NCBI GenBank assembly: GCA_045594845.1
Contig: JAZNZH010000049.1
Span: 16,790 to 80,789, forward strand
Reading direction: 5' to 3'
Source of the DNA: Faecousia sp.
GTDB taxonomy: Bacteria; Bacillota; Clostridia; Oscillospirales; Oscillospiraceae
DNA: 64,000 nucleotides
Every line of letters starts with the position of its first letter. Position 1 is the first letter of the stretch. The notes beneath the pieces were generated by a model. That model saw only the letters and a list, made by a program, of their open reading frames with translations, had not been told where the DNA came from and ran no database searches. Positions 27,075 through 37,365 of the stretch are shown piece after piece. Made by a program: the position numbers and the translations under genes.

Positions 27075-28376
27075 TTAAATATTTCTGTTTAAGAACAGGT
27101 TGGGGTCATAGCGGGAAACGATCATATCGTTGCCCGCTTCGTCTGTGATTTTCAAGGTATCGTATACCCATCGGATCACCTGGGCGATCTTTTCGTTGCT
27201 TTCGCTGACAATGTCGATTTCACAGAAACGCTGGTTCACATTGTGAGTCTCTTTGATTTCGTCACCCAGGGTGAATCGGGGGAAGACACCTACTACATCC
27301 GGGTGCTTGCGGATCTCCTCGAGACCTTCAATGCAACCGATGCGTCCGGCACGGAGAGTAGGCAGCACCTGGGCGGCAGTCTTGCCGTGCAGGTAGATAT
27401 CCTCCTGCTGCAGAGTAACGGAATCTTCAGAAACCTCACCGGTGAGGGCGTATTCGATCAGGGGATAGAACAGGTTTTTGCCGGTGGCAAACTTGAACAT
27501 TCTCTCATATTCACCGCCGGGGAAACGCAGGCCGGGGTCATAGAACCGGACGGTGTCGCCGTCCACAAAGCCCTGCATAAATACGGGGGCGTTTACAAGA
27601 CCCACTTCCCGGATGAAGTTTTCTACCTTATGGTGCACATTTTTCATATACAGGTCGGTGAATACCGAGGGCATAGCTGCGCCTACGGCCAATTTATCCA
27701 GACCGTCTTCGTATTTGCCCAAAATGCGGTCAACGGTACGGAAGGGGTAGGCCTTGCCGTTAATAACAATGATGGTCATGGAGAAGTCATTGTTTTGCCC
27801 CATATACTTTTCAATAACGATCTGTCCGCTGGCGCTTTCGCTGCGAGCAAAGGCTATGCCCTCTACGGCCTCGGCGTAAGTGTGACAGATGCTTTGACCG
27901 CGGGAGCCGCGGCTGTCGCAGGGCTTAATGAAAACAGGAAATTCTACATTATCCAGGCAGGTCTTTTCATCGTTGAAAAGCTCCGGCGGGTATTCGGGGA
28001 TGGTATCCACGCCGCTTTTGCGGCAGTATTTTTTAAATTCGGTTTTGTCTGTCAGGATCTTGTATTGCTGCGCAGTACCAAAACAGGGGAAATTCAGCGC
28101 CTGGCAGACCTTCTGGTAGGGAAGCTGGCAGGCATCCAGGGAAGTGGCAATTGCGCCGTCAACGCCTTCCTGACGGCACATTTCCACGATGCCTTCAATA
28201 TCGGAGATATTGTGCATACCGTAGCCGTCGGCCATCTGCTTGGCAGGGGCTTGTTCGGGGGGCAGGTAGTCATCCACAATTACGGTGACACCCAAATCGT
28301 GCGCGGCTTCCACCAGTTTACAGTGCTGGTATACACCGCCCAGAACCAACAGTTTCTTGCCGGATAAGTTTTTCAT
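27075..28376 (-). CDS. ATP-grasp carboxylate-amine ligase
   Basis: LVLGG, TDKTEFK, PVFIKPCDSRGSRG, IEKY and RFPGG motifs. Confidence 0.85.
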   Translation of the reverse strand: MKNLSGKKLLVLGGVYQHCKLVEAAHDLGVTVIVDDYLPPEQAPAKQMADGYGMHNISDIEGIVEMCRQEGVDGAIATSLDACQLPYQKVCQALNFPCFGTAQQYKILTDKTEFKKYCRKSGVDTIPEYPPELFNDEKTCLDNVEFPVFIKPCDSRGSRGQSICHTYAEAVEGIAFARSESASGQIVIEKYMGQNNDFSMTIIVINGKAYPFRTVDRILGKYEDGLDKLAVGAAMPSVFTDLYMKNVHHKVENFIREVGLVNAPVFMQGFVDGDTVRFYDPGLRFPGGEYERMFKFATGKNLFYPLIEYALTGEVSEDSVTLQQEDIYLHGKTAAQVLPTLRAGRIGCIEGLEEIRKHPDVVGVFPRFTLGDEIKETHNVNQRFCEIDIVSESNEKIAQVIRWVYDTLKITDEAGNDMIVSRYDPNLFLNRNI

Positions 28377-28381
28377 TTCGG

Positions 28382-29392
28382 TTACCTCTCAATATGTCTG
28401 GAAAGCCGTTTCTTGATGCCTTGCAGCAACTTGCCTGCTTCGCCTGTAAAGAGCAAACGGAAGGTCCGCTCTACGCTGCGCCAGAAGCTTTGCCAGCGGC
28501 TGGCAACGCCCAGTTGCTTTTCCCGAGTTCTTTCGAATTTGGTGTCCGGGAACACAAAAGCGGGATGGCTCAGGGGGAAGGTAAGCTCATAGGTTTGTAA
28601 GCCGTATTGCTTTTGCAGTGCTTTGGGGAGAGAAGCCAGGCTCTTTCCGGTGTGGGTGGAGCCGGCGCCTACGCCAATATGGGTAATCATATTGCGCTTG
28701 GGTACAATAATAAGTCTGTTTTGTAAGTATTGCGCATGGCGCGTGAAGAACTCACCGCCGGGGGTGTGATTGGCATAAGTTCCGTTCTTTGCAAAGGAAA
28801 CGAATTGCTCTTTCAGGTGCCAGGGAACATCGCGCTGAATATGGGCCATTACATAGGGGCTTTTGCCGTAGGTAAGCTCCAAATCCCGGCTTTCGTAGCT
28901 GCGCCGCCACATACCTGTGCCGGAGGAGGTGGGGACTCTGGCGAAGAAATAGTCGTCAGGGGTATCCGGCCATTGGCCGCAGAAGTTGACACCGGTGATC
29001 TTTTCAATTCGCAGATCGTCTTTGTACTTTTCCAGAAGCTCCGCGCAAAAACGGAAAAAGCTTACAGAGGGGAGCAGGTCATCCTCCAGAAAGATACAGC
29101 GGTCCACCTTCTCCCAGATAAATTGGGGACACTTTTTCATCATTGCATACATGCCGATGTTTTTCTCTTCGTACAGCCGGTAAACGGTACATTCCCAGTC
29201 GATATCTTCGGTGATGGCACGGCTCTGCCGGATCAGTTCGGCATCGGTAGGTACGGTTTCCCGGGGACCGTCGGAACGGACAAAGAGGATGCTGGGGCGG
29301 GCCTCCTTAATCACTGCCCACTGCTTTGCCAGCATTTGGGGACGCACGAAGGCCTGAATGGCCACAGGCACATCTACAAGATAAGGTTTCAT
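28382..29392 (-). CDS. GT-A fold glycosyltransferase-like protein (HlpA-like)
   Basis: F.RP, SDGPR, CIFLEDD, W.R and P..NMITHIG motifs. Confidence 0.75.
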   Translation of the reverse strand: MKPYLVDVPVAIQAFVRPQMLAKQWAVIKEARPSILFVRSDGPRETVPTDAELIRQSRAITEDIDWECTVYRLYEEKNIGMYAMMKKCPQFIWEKVDRCIFLEDDLLPSVSFFRFCAELLEKYKDDLRIEKITGVNFCGQWPDTPDDYFFARVPTSSGTGMWRRSYESRDLELTYGKSPYVMAHIQRDVPWHLKEQFVSFAKNGTYANHTPGGEFFTRHAQYLQNRLIIVPKRNMITHIGVGAGSTHTGKSLASLPKALQKQYGLQTYELTFPLSHPAFVFPDTKFERTREKQLGVASRWQSFWRSVERTFRLLFTGEAGKLLQGIKKRLSRHIER

Positions 29393-29409
29393 AGCAGACT
29401 CCTTCTCAA

Positions 29410-30864
29410 TTATTTTTTCAGAGATTTCAGCTTCTGTATCAGATATTTCAGGTTGTCGTTACGGAAGATAACAGCCCAGCACAGATACCAGGCCGTACCG
29501 GCCAGCACCTGGAGAGCCAAAGCGGCGATGGGGGCAAAGCTGCGGCAGAAATAGCCCACGGCGAAACAAACCAGCGCCATAGTGACGGAAGGCAGGATGT
29601 TCTCTGCCAGATCCATCAGTTGTCGGCGGATGCGGTAATCGAAGATTTTTCTGTTAACAAGAAGATGAGTGACGGAGGAAACGGTAGAGGTCATCAAAAC
29701 CGCAAGGGCAATGTAGGTGACACCCAGGGGTGTTGCAATCAGCACAAGGCCGATGCCGGAGAGCTTGGTGATCAAACCGATCTTCAGGGTCAGGTCGCTG
29801 CGGCCAATGCCATTGAGCGCCTGGGCGGCGGTGGTGCCGATGGGCTGCAAGAAGAAGGAAATGCAGAAGATCTGCATATAGATTTGCGCCGGCAGCCATT
29901 TATCTGTAAGGATCACCCGGATGAAATTCTCGGAGCAGGACAGCATACCGAACATCAGGGGGGAAAGCACAAAGGTACTCAGGCGAATAGTCTTGCGCAT
30001 CAGCTCCCGGACTTTTGCCAGGTTATCCTGATGCTTGGCGTAGGCGGAGAACATTACTTTTTGCAAAGCGTAGTCCGTATTGGTGGCGATGATAGAGGGG
30101 AAGGTATTGCCTTTCGTGTAATACGCAAGGGCGTCAGGGGTGTAAGCCTTGCCGATGACCAGAGAACTGATCTGGTGATACATCATGCTTAAAAGACGGT
30201 TCAGCAAAATGTTGGAGCCAAAACGGAACATAGAGCCGGATTGACGGAAATGGAAATCCAGTCGGGGCTTCCATTTAACAACAAAAAGCTGACACACAAG
30301 CAAAATGGCCTTGGCGGACAGGTTTTGGGCGATCAGTGCCCATACACCGCAGTTCATATAGGCCATAGTAATGCCGATAACGCTGGAAAGAATAATGGAG
30401 ATCAAGTTTACCAGGAAAAATTTCTTGAATTCCATATTCCGGTAGATCACAGCGCTCTGGATACTGGTGATGCTGCCGATGGGGAGGATCAGGGCGTAGA
30501 TCCGGATCACCCAGATCAAAAGGACGCGGTCAAAGTTGGAATAGAAAGAGGCAATCAGGGGGGCTGCCAGCCACAGAATGCCGCAAAGCAAAGTTGCTAC
30601 AGCAATATTCAGGGTAAAGACAATATTGATCTGCTCGGGGGTGATGTCCTTTTTCTGGATGATGGACGAACCGAAACCGGTCTCTACCACTACGGTAGCC
30701 AGATTGATAAATACGGTGATCAGGGCAAGAATGCCGTAAGCTTCCGGCATTAGAAGTCGGGCCAGAATAATGGATACCAGCAGCTGTGTGCCTTGGGCGC
30801 CCAAACGTTCCAGCAAATTCCATACCATGGAGCCGGAGATAGACGGGGTGGATTTCTTACTCAA
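29410..30864 (-). CDS. wzx: Wzx flippase
   Basis: ILARLL.PEAYG, GVWALIAQ and LTDKWLPA motifs; 12 or more TM segments. Confidence 0.9.
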   Translation of the reverse strand: MSKKSTPSISGSMVWNLLERLGAQGTQLLVSIILARLLMPEAYGILALITVFINLATVVVETGFGSSIIQKKDITPEQINIVFTLNIAVATLLCGILWLAAPLIASFYSNFDRVLLIWVIRIYALILPIGSITSIQSAVIYRNMEFKKFFLVNLISIILSSVIGITMAYMNCGVWALIAQNLSAKAILLVCQLFVVKWKPRLDFHFRQSGSMFRFGSNILLNRLLSMMYHQISSLVIGKAYTPDALAYYTKGNTFPSIIATNTDYALQKVMFSAYAKHQDNLAKVRELMRKTIRLSTFVLSPLMFGMLSCSENFIRVILTDKWLPAQIYMQIFCISFFLQPIGTTAAQALNGIGRSDLTLKIGLITKLSGIGLVLIATPLGVTYIALAVLMTSTVSSVTHLLVNRKIFDYRIRRQLMDLAENILPSVTMALVCFAVGYFCRSFAPIAALALQVLAGTAWYLCWAVIFRNDNLKYLIQKLKSLKK

Positions 30865-32087
30865 AGGGAAGCCTCCTTTTTGTTTTCCGGAAAAGTCAAT
30901 GCTTTAGGACGGGAAAACTGTCCGTCCGGCAGTTGGATGCAGATCAGTGTGAGCCACAGGGGGAATTGAATGCCGGTCAAAGGACAGCCGCCCATAGAGA
31001 GCGCTGCCATAGCAACCAGGAGCATTTTGCCGCAGAAAGAAGTTTTGCGGAACAGACTGATAAAGAAAATGATCCAAAGCAGGGTGCCTACTGCACCAAG
31101 GGTGAAAAGGAACTCTGCCAGAGAGGAATAGTTGACGAACTGATAGACAATGTCCAGACCGAAGGTGTTTTCCACCACATAGTTGCCGAAACCTGCGCCG
31201 AAAATCCGCTGCAGGGGAGACAGAAGGAGGATGGATTCGTAGCCGGACATACGGGCATCAGTGGCGCTGCCCTCACTGGTGTCACTGGTGCGGCCCAGCG
31301 CAAACTCCAAAATGCCCACTTCGTACAAGATCAGAGCCACAATGGCAATACCCAGCAGCATCAAAAGGTTTTTGGTTTTAAAGCCACCGGAACGGATCTG
31401 CATAATCAGCCAAACGGCCCACAGCGCAGAAATGGTAAGGATGCCCTGGCCGGAGGTGGAAAGAATAATGCCGGCAGAAACAAAGAGTGCGTCAAAATTG
31501 TTGCGTTTAGAATCTTCAGCCTGTTTGCCGAAAAGGCTGCAGGTGATAAAGGGAACCAGAGAGTAGCTCATAACCGCCGGTTCAGAGTAGAAGGAACGCA
31601 ATCTGCCCACTTCTACGGCGTTGGATTTAGCACTGCCGCCGAGTTTACTGGGCAGGGTGATTCCGGCACCGTAGAAGAAAATTGTTTGGATGATAATATA
31701 GATAGTAGCGGCGTAGGCAACCACACGGTAGGCCTTGAGCAGCGTATCGTAGCTGATAGATTCGTTGCCCAGGAAAAACACTACCAGAAGGTACAATGCA
31801 TACCGGCCGAAGCGAACGATGATGTCAGAAGAGGGGGAGAATTTTTGGCCAAAGGCCAGATTGATCGCAGTGATAGCAGACATATAAATAATCAGCACCA
31901 GTACGATTTGACTGATAGGGGAAATGCGGATACGGCGGTGAAAGAATGCAGCGCAGAGGAAAAAGAGGATCATAGCTACCGCGTCCAGATCCAGAGGGCC
32001 CACCGGGTACTGGCTCAGCACCGGCAGCATTGCCAGGATCCAGGGGTATATTTTTTCACCAAAGGTTTTTTCTTGTCTTTGAAGCAT
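30861..32087 (-). CDS. wzy: Wzy-type polymerase / O-antigen ligase-like membrane protein
   Basis: Multi-TM; RLRSFYSEPA, S..G, S..AR and FGAGFG loop motifs; next to wzx. Confidence 0.75.
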   Translation of the reverse strand: MLQRQEKTFGEKIYPWILAMLPVLSQYPVGPLDLDAVAMILFFLCAAFFHRRIRISPISQIVLVLIIYMSAITAINLAFGQKFSPSSDIIVRFGRYALYLLVVFFLGNESISYDTLLKAYRVVAYAATIYIIIQTIFFYGAGITLPSKLGGSAKSNAVEVGRLRSFYSEPAVMSYSLVPFITCSLFGKQAEDSKRNNFDALFVSAGIILSTSGQGILTISALWAVWLIMQIRSGGFKTKNLLMLLGIAIVALILYEVGILEFALGRTSDTSEGSATDARMSGYESILLLSPLQRIFGAGFGNYVVENTFGLDIVYQFVNYSSLAEFLFTLGAVGTLLWIIFFISLFRKTSFCGKMLLVAMAALSMGGCPLTGIQFPLWLTLICIQLPDGQFSRPKALTFPENKKEASL

Positions 32088-32099
32088 AGGAATCTCCTC

Positions 32100-33272
32100 T
32101 TATGCGTTAAAAATCGATAGGTAACCTGCAGTCATAGCATCGCAGGGGAAGTCCTGCCGGGGAGCGGGCTTTTGCTGAGAAAGCAGGGTGCTGATGGCGT
32201 CCAGCGCTTCCTCGGTCTTGTGAGTCTGCAGGACGATGCCGCAGCCCCGCAGGGGCTCGGGACAAGCGGTGGAGTTCATGACCACCGCAGGGGTGCCGCA
32301 GGCCAAAGCCTCGGCAGTGACCAGGCCGAAGGTCTCCTCAATGGAGGGGTTATAGAACACATCGGCGGCGGTGTACAGTCGGATCAGTTCTTCCTGATCC
32401 CAGGTGCGCTCCATACCGATGCAGTTGGCGGGCAGAGCAGGGATCTGTTCTTTATCCAGCCCTACGATCACAAAGCGCCAGTCCTCCGGCGCATTCTGGG
32501 CCAACGCCAACAGGCGGTGATAGCCTTTGCGGTCGTTCCAGCCGTCGGAAACGGAGAGGATCATTTTGTGATCGCCAATACCCAGCCGTTCCCGGTCGTT
32601 GCCGGGGATGGGGCGGAAGCGGGTGTAGTCGATGCCGTTATAGACACACTGCACCGGATAGCAGCCCAGGAAGGATTGCTCTGCCTGGCTTTTCAGCCAA
32701 TGGGAAACGGTGACGATGGTCATATTGGGGACGCCGGTGAAGATCCGCTTTTTGTCTTCGTAGTTCTTTTGGGAGCGGTCTGCCAGGATAGAAGCGGGGT
32801 AGACCTTTTTCTCCGGGCAGGTGTGGCAGCCGGTTTTCCAGCGGTCACAGCCGGCGCAGGTATAGTGGACACAGTGTCCGGTAAAGGCCCAGCAGTCGTG
32901 GAGGGTCCAGACTACTTTGCCGGTATATTCGTGTTTCAGATAGTCGAAAAGAATCTCGATGTTCAGGTAATAGCCGTGGAGATTGTGAAGGTGGATCACA
33001 TCCGGGGCGTATTCCCGGATAAACTGCACCAATTTTTTCGTTGCGGCTTTGGAGTAAAAGCCGGTCTTGTCCGTAATACGGGACAAAAGGGCGTGGGTGT
33101 AAGTATGAAGTTTGCCGCCGATCCGATAGCTGTGACCGGGGTCGCCGTCAACACCTCTGCCGTAGGCGACCATATAAGATCCACCGGAACTTTCCACAGC
33201 AGCGCCAATCTGGCTTGCTATCCGGCCGGTACTGCCTTTTCCGCAGACGGTGTTGATGAACAGAACTTTCAT
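32100..33272 (-). CDS. GT4 glycosyltransferase
   Basis: GSTGRI, IHLHNLHG, WTLHDCW and EETFGLVTAEALACGTP motifs. Confidence 0.9.
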   Translation of the reverse strand: MKVLFINTVCGKGSTGRIASQIGAAVESSGGSYMVAYGRGVDGDPGHSYRIGGKLHTYTHALLSRITDKTGFYSKAATKKLVQFIREYAPDVIHLHNLHGYYLNIEILFDYLKHEYTGKVVWTLHDCWAFTGHCVHYTCAGCDRWKTGCHTCPEKKVYPASILADRSQKNYEDKKRIFTGVPNMTIVTVSHWLKSQAEQSFLGCYPVQCVYNGIDYTRFRPIPGNDRERLGIGDHKMILSVSDGWNDRKGYHRLLALAQNAPEDWRFVIVGLDKEQIPALPANCIGMERTWDQEELIRLYTAADVFYNPSIEETFGLVTAEALACGTPAVVMNSTACPEPLRGCGIVLQTHKTEEALDAISTLLSQQKPAPRQDFPCDAMTAGYLSIFNA

Positions 33273-34438
33273 TGAGTAATCGCTCCTACATAGGCTTTTA
33301 CGTTGGTGGCTTTCACAAAGCGGTCCAGGAACAGCTCGTACCGCTTTTCGGGGTGGGGATTTTGCGCCAAAGTTTCAATGGCGGCAGCCAGCTCTCCGGG
33401 GTCCTGGGCGCTGACGCATAGGCCTGCCTGATACTCCTGGGCAATTTTAGAGAAATTGCAGTCCTTGCCAAAGCAGAACACGATGGGCTGACCGCAGGAA
33501 AGGCATACGCCGGTCTTGCTGGGCAGGGCGGTCTTGACACCGTCGGGCACCAGGGGGATCAGGTTGGCACCGGCAGCGCTGTATACTGCGGTGGCCAGCT
33601 CCGAGGGCTGGAAGGGCAGGAAGATCATGTTGGAAAGGGCCATATCCTTTGCCATTTCCCGGATGGCATCCAGTCGCGCGCCTTCACCGATCACCAGGAA
33701 CTGAATGTCAGCCCGGTCCTTCAGAAGACCGGCTGCGTTCAGAATCAATTCCACATTCTGCATTCTGCCGATATTGCCGGCATAAATGGGATAGAAAATA
33801 TCCGGAGACAGATCGTACTTTTTTACAAAGGGGTTTTCGTCCCAGGGGATATTCACTGTGTCGTCGGTGTAGCCCCAGTTGTAGATCACGGAGATATTCT
33901 CGGGGGCAGCGCCCTTACTGGCCACAAAGGCCTTCATATCGTCGGAAATGCAGATGAACCGGTGAGAGTGCTTGTACACCGGCTTCTGCCAAAAGTCGAA
34001 AAATTTGTAGATCAGGGAATCCTGACCGATCAGGCCGCTTTGCACCGCATTGTCCGGCCAGACATCCTGGAACATGGAAACGATCCGCATTTTCTTGCGC
34101 TTTGCCGCCCAGATGCTCCAGCAGGAGGAGTAGGACACATCCTCAAAGAGGGTGTCTGCGCCGCTTTTTTTCACGAGGCGGGCCATCTTTATGTTGGTCA
34201 GGGTGTCGGAAATGTAGCGCTTAATGATATTGCCGTGTTCTGCGGTTTTACGCAGAACAGGGATGTAGGTAATGCCCTCGATCCCCATTTTATAAGAGGT
34301 GTCCTGCAGATCGTCGGTGGCAACGATCCGGGTGATCTCATGGCCCGCGTCCAGCAGACCCTGCAGAATGTCCTGCATCAGGTGATTAAAGGGACTGTTG
34401 GGGGCATATAGAATTGGTGTTGCAATGACGATTTTCAC
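33269..34438 (-). CDS. GT4 glycosyltransferase, WbuB/Cap5L-like (candidate L-FucNAc transferase)
   Basis: QDVWPD, IYNW, YAGNIGRMQN and PSK motifs; fnlABC are in the same locus. Confidence 0.8.
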   Translation of the reverse strand: MKIVIATPILYAPNSPFNHLMQDILQGLLDAGHEITRIVATDDLQDTSYKMGIEGITYIPVLRKTAEHGNIIKRYISDTLTNIKMARLVKKSGADTLFEDVSYSSCWSIWAAKRKKMRIVSMFQDVWPDNAVQSGLIGQDSLIYKFFDFWQKPVYKHSHRFICISDDMKAFVASKGAAPENISVIYNWGYTDDTVNIPWDENPFVKKYDLSPDIFYPIYAGNIGRMQNVELILNAAGLLKDRADIQFLVIGEGARLDAIREMAKDMALSNMIFLPFQPSELATAVYSAAGANLIPLVPDGVKTALPSKTGVCLSCGQPIVFCFGKDCNFSKIAQEYQAGLCVSAQDPGELAAAIETLAQNPHPEKRYELFLDRFVKATNVKAYVGAITQ

Positions 34439-34448
34439 AGTATGTTCC

Positions 34449-35645
34449 TCACTCGATTACGATTTTAATGGCGTCGATGGCTTCTTCACACAGGGCGACG
34501 GCTTCCTTTGCGCCGGTAGACTGACCCACTACAAAGCCCATACGGGCGGCGCTGCTGTTGATCTCGCCTACGGTTTCACCTACGCCGTGGACGATGCTGA
34601 CCTGCCGGATACCCTCCATCGCTTCAGCGGCTTCGATGCCGGAGATGGAAACCACCTTGCCGGGGATCTGCTGGAAGTAGCGGATGGCGCTGCCCTTTCG
34701 GAATTTCTGGGTCAGATCCGGGGTCTCGCCCAAAGCGATGCGGATACAACATTCCACCATATTCACACCGGTGGACAGGGGCACCAGGTGGGTGGTAATG
34801 CAGTCACCGCCCAGACGGGCGCCGATCTCCACGATCTTAGGGCCTTCGGCGGTGACGATCACCTCGGTATGAGAGGGGCCGTTTTCAATGCCAACTGCCC
34901 GGTTGGCAGCGATCACCACCTGACGGATTTTCTCCGCAGTTTCGGGGGACAGCTGAGTGGGTTGGGAGTGACCCATTTCCACAAAGTGGGGTGCGCCGGT
35001 GGTAAGCTTGTCGGTAATCTGAATCACATGGCAAACACCGTTTGCGCTCAGGGTCTCTACGCTGACCTCCGGGCCTTTCATATATTCCTCCACCACCACA
35101 TTGCCGTTGCGGCTGTGCTGGCGGCTGTATGCGTATGCGCTGGTGACAGCTTCGCTGTCTGTGGGATCATCTACAAGAACGATACCCCGACTGCCGGAGT
35201 TGTCTGCGGGTTTTACCACAAAGGGAACCCGGAAAGAGGCGGCGGCGCGGGCATATTCTTCTTCGTTTGTCACTTTATAGAAAGCAGGAACGGGCACACC
35301 CGCTTCCTGCAGGCATTGACGCATCACAGCTTTGTCGGTGGCCTTCAGGGCGGTGTCCTCGGACACGCCAACAAGACCCAGCTCCCGGGCAATCACAGCC
35401 ACGGTACGCATAGGCATATCACTGGCCAGGGTCATCACACCGTCGATGCGGTGCTTCCGGGCGGCTTCCAGCACCTTGGGAATGTCAATGGTGCTGATCA
35501 CCTCGGTCTCAATACCGGGCACTCCGAAACCGATGGCATCCGGATTCATATCTACAGCGACCACGCGATAGCCCAGTTCTTTAGCTTTCTCAATGGCAGG
35601 CAGCTGCAGAATACTGGCGCCCAAAATCATAATTTTCTTACTCAT
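34449..35645 (-). CDS. ATP-grasp carboxylate-amine ligase
   Basis: ILGASILQ, TDK, VVKPADNSGSRG, EEYMKGPEVSVE and EIGARLGGD motifs. Confidence 0.88.
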   Translation of the reverse strand: MSKKIMILGASILQLPAIEKAKELGYRVVAVDMNPDAIGFGVPGIETEVISTIDIPKVLEAARKHRIDGVMTLASDMPMRTVAVIARELGLVGVSEDTALKATDKAVMRQCLQEAGVPVPAFYKVTNEEEYARAAASFRVPFVVKPADNSGSRGIVLVDDPTDSEAVTSAYAYSRQHSRNGNVVVEEYMKGPEVSVETLSANGVCHVIQITDKLTTGAPHFVEMGHSQPTQLSPETAEKIRQVVIAANRAVGIENGPSHTEVIVTAEGPKIVEIGARLGGDCITTHLVPLSTGVNMVECCIRIALGETPDLTQKFRKGSAIRYFQQIPGKVVSISGIEAAEAMEGIRQVSIVHGVGETVGEINSSAARMGFVVGQSTGAKEAVALCEEAIDAIKIVIE

Positions 35646-36696
35646 AAACGATCCTCATAATTTCGCGGCCGATATAGGCCATATCTTCCGGGGTGTACCG
35701 CTGGTCACAGGGAACACCCAGCATATGCTCTGCGGTGAATTCCGCTACCTCACAGATACCCAGTGCCTCCTGAGGGACAGGCCAGATCACAGGGCAGTAG
35801 ATGCCGATCTGGGCAAGCTTACCTTGCACGGCACTCTGATCTTTCACTAAAATGGGGAAGTACAGAGTGCTGATTTCCGGAGTCTGGGTGATCAGCCGCA
35901 GAACTGCGGGATCGGGGGTCAGGGCGCGAAGCAGGGCTTTTGCATTTTCCTGCCGACGGGCATAAATGGCGGCAAAGTCCAGGTCGCGCAGCAGCTGTGC
36001 AGATTGGTCGGTAATGGCGTAGGGTTCGTTGCTTTCGTCTAAACATTCGGAAGCCTCGCCCAACATATGGCGGAATCGGTCCTTCAGCGCTTGGTCGCCG
36101 TTTTCCAGGTAGGCGCTTTTTGCTACCATGGCTTCCTTGCGGAGATTGGCAAAGGTGTTATCTGTTTTGGCTTCCACGCAGACCTTGCCCCACAGCAGAC
36201 CGCCGTCGGGAATGGGAATCCATTTGCGGATACTGGCAACGGTTACATCGGGGACAAACCCGCCCTGGCGGGGGCTCAGGATATCCTGGGTCCGATCCTC
36301 CATAAACAGCGCGTGGGGGAACAGCCGATGCAGGAAAGAAAGGGTTTCTTCGTCAAAAGGCTGAATGCCGAAATAAGAGCCGTAGACCAAAATGCTGTCC
36401 TCAGTGAGCTTTTGCTTTACATCCAGGGCGTCTGCCCGGTAGTCGGGATGCATTTTGTAGAATACCGGCTCCATACCCTGCATGGTAAAGGGGGAGACCA
36501 TAGATTCGCAGCAAAGGGTAGGTAACAGCACCCGCCGATAACGGTTCTTTACAGATACGGCCACGGCTTTCATGGCATCTCTGCCACTGCGGAACTTATT
36601 TGCGGTATCCAGTTGCAGTTGGCAGCTGCCGGACTGCAGGAACGGCGCATTGGCGTTCCAATCGAACTCACTGCCGAATTCCCGGATTGCAGGCAT
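35638..36696 (-). CDS. Divergent PLP-dependent DegT-like protein
   Basis: SGRDA, EDRTQ, SIRKW..PDGG (PLP Lys position retained) and PCDQRY motifs. Confidence 0.7.
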   Translation of the reverse strand: MPAIREFGSEFDWNANAPFLQSGSCQLQLDTANKFRSGRDAMKAVAVSVKNRYRRVLLPTLCCESMVSPFTMQGMEPVFYKMHPDYRADALDVKQKLTEDSILVYGSYFGIQPFDEETLSFLHRLFPHALFMEDRTQDILSPRQGGFVPDVTVASIRKWIPIPDGGLLWGKVCVEAKTDNTFANLRKEAMVAKSAYLENGDQALKDRFRHMLGEASECLDESNEPYAITDQSAQLLRDLDFAAIYARRQENAKALLRALTPDPAVLRLITQTPEISTLYFPILVKDQSAVQGKLAQIGIYCPVIWPVPQEALGICEVAEFTAEHMLGVPCDQRYTPEDMAYIGREIMRIVYE

Positions 36697-36717
36697 ACGG
36701 TCACCCTCCTTTTGGGA

Positions 36718-37353
36718 TTATTTTTTCAGTTGCGCGGCCTCTTCGGTGGCCTGGGATTCGTTTTCGGTGTCTTTGTAGGTGTTCTCAGCCATCAGCACGG
36801 TGGCGATGGTCTTGAAGAAAATTTTTACGTCCATCCAGAAGGTGCAGTGGGTGGCATAATAGGCATCGTGCTGCATCTTCTCTTCGCCGTCGGCACTGTT
36901 GCGGAAATAGGCCTGGCTGTAGCCGGTGATGCCGGGGCGGACAGTCAGGAAGACCTTGATGTCCTCGGGGTAGCGGTCCAGCCAATCGGGGGGATCGGGC
37001 CGGGGGCCGATGAGACTCATATCGCCCACCAAGATGTTCAGGATTTGGGGCAGTTCATCGATGCTGGTCTTGCGGATAAATCTGCCGATGGGGGTGACCC
37101 GGGGGTCGTCCTCACCGTTGTATGTAGAGCCGTCTGCCAGACGGATGTCCGGGGCATTGACATACATACTGCGGAACTTGTACATCTTGAAAAGCTTGCC
37201 GTCTTTGCCTACCCGCTGGGCGTTGTAGAAGATGGGGCCTTTGTCGGTAAAGTAGATGATGGGGGCGAAGATGATGAACACCGGCAGCAGGAAAGGCAGT
37301 GCGATCACGCTGACCAGGATATCAATAACCCGTTTAAAAAATTTGTTGTACAT
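36718..37353 (-). CDS. Initiating phosphoglycosyl transferase (Bac_transf)
   Basis: KRVIDI, KFRSM, DPRVT, DELPQ, GDMSLIGPRP and RPGITG motifs. Confidence 0.93.
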   Translation of the reverse strand: MYNKFFKRVIDILVSVIALPFLLPVFIIFAPIIYFTDKGPIFYNAQRVGKDGKLFKMYKFRSMYVNAPDIRLADGSTYNGEDDPRVTPIGRFIRKTSIDELPQILNILVGDMSLIGPRPDPPDWLDRYPEDIKVFLTVRPGITGYSQAYFRNSADGEEKMQHDAYYATHCTFWMDVKIFFKTIATVLMAENTYKDTENESQATEEAAQLKK

Positions 37354-37365
37354 ATCCTTTGCTCC

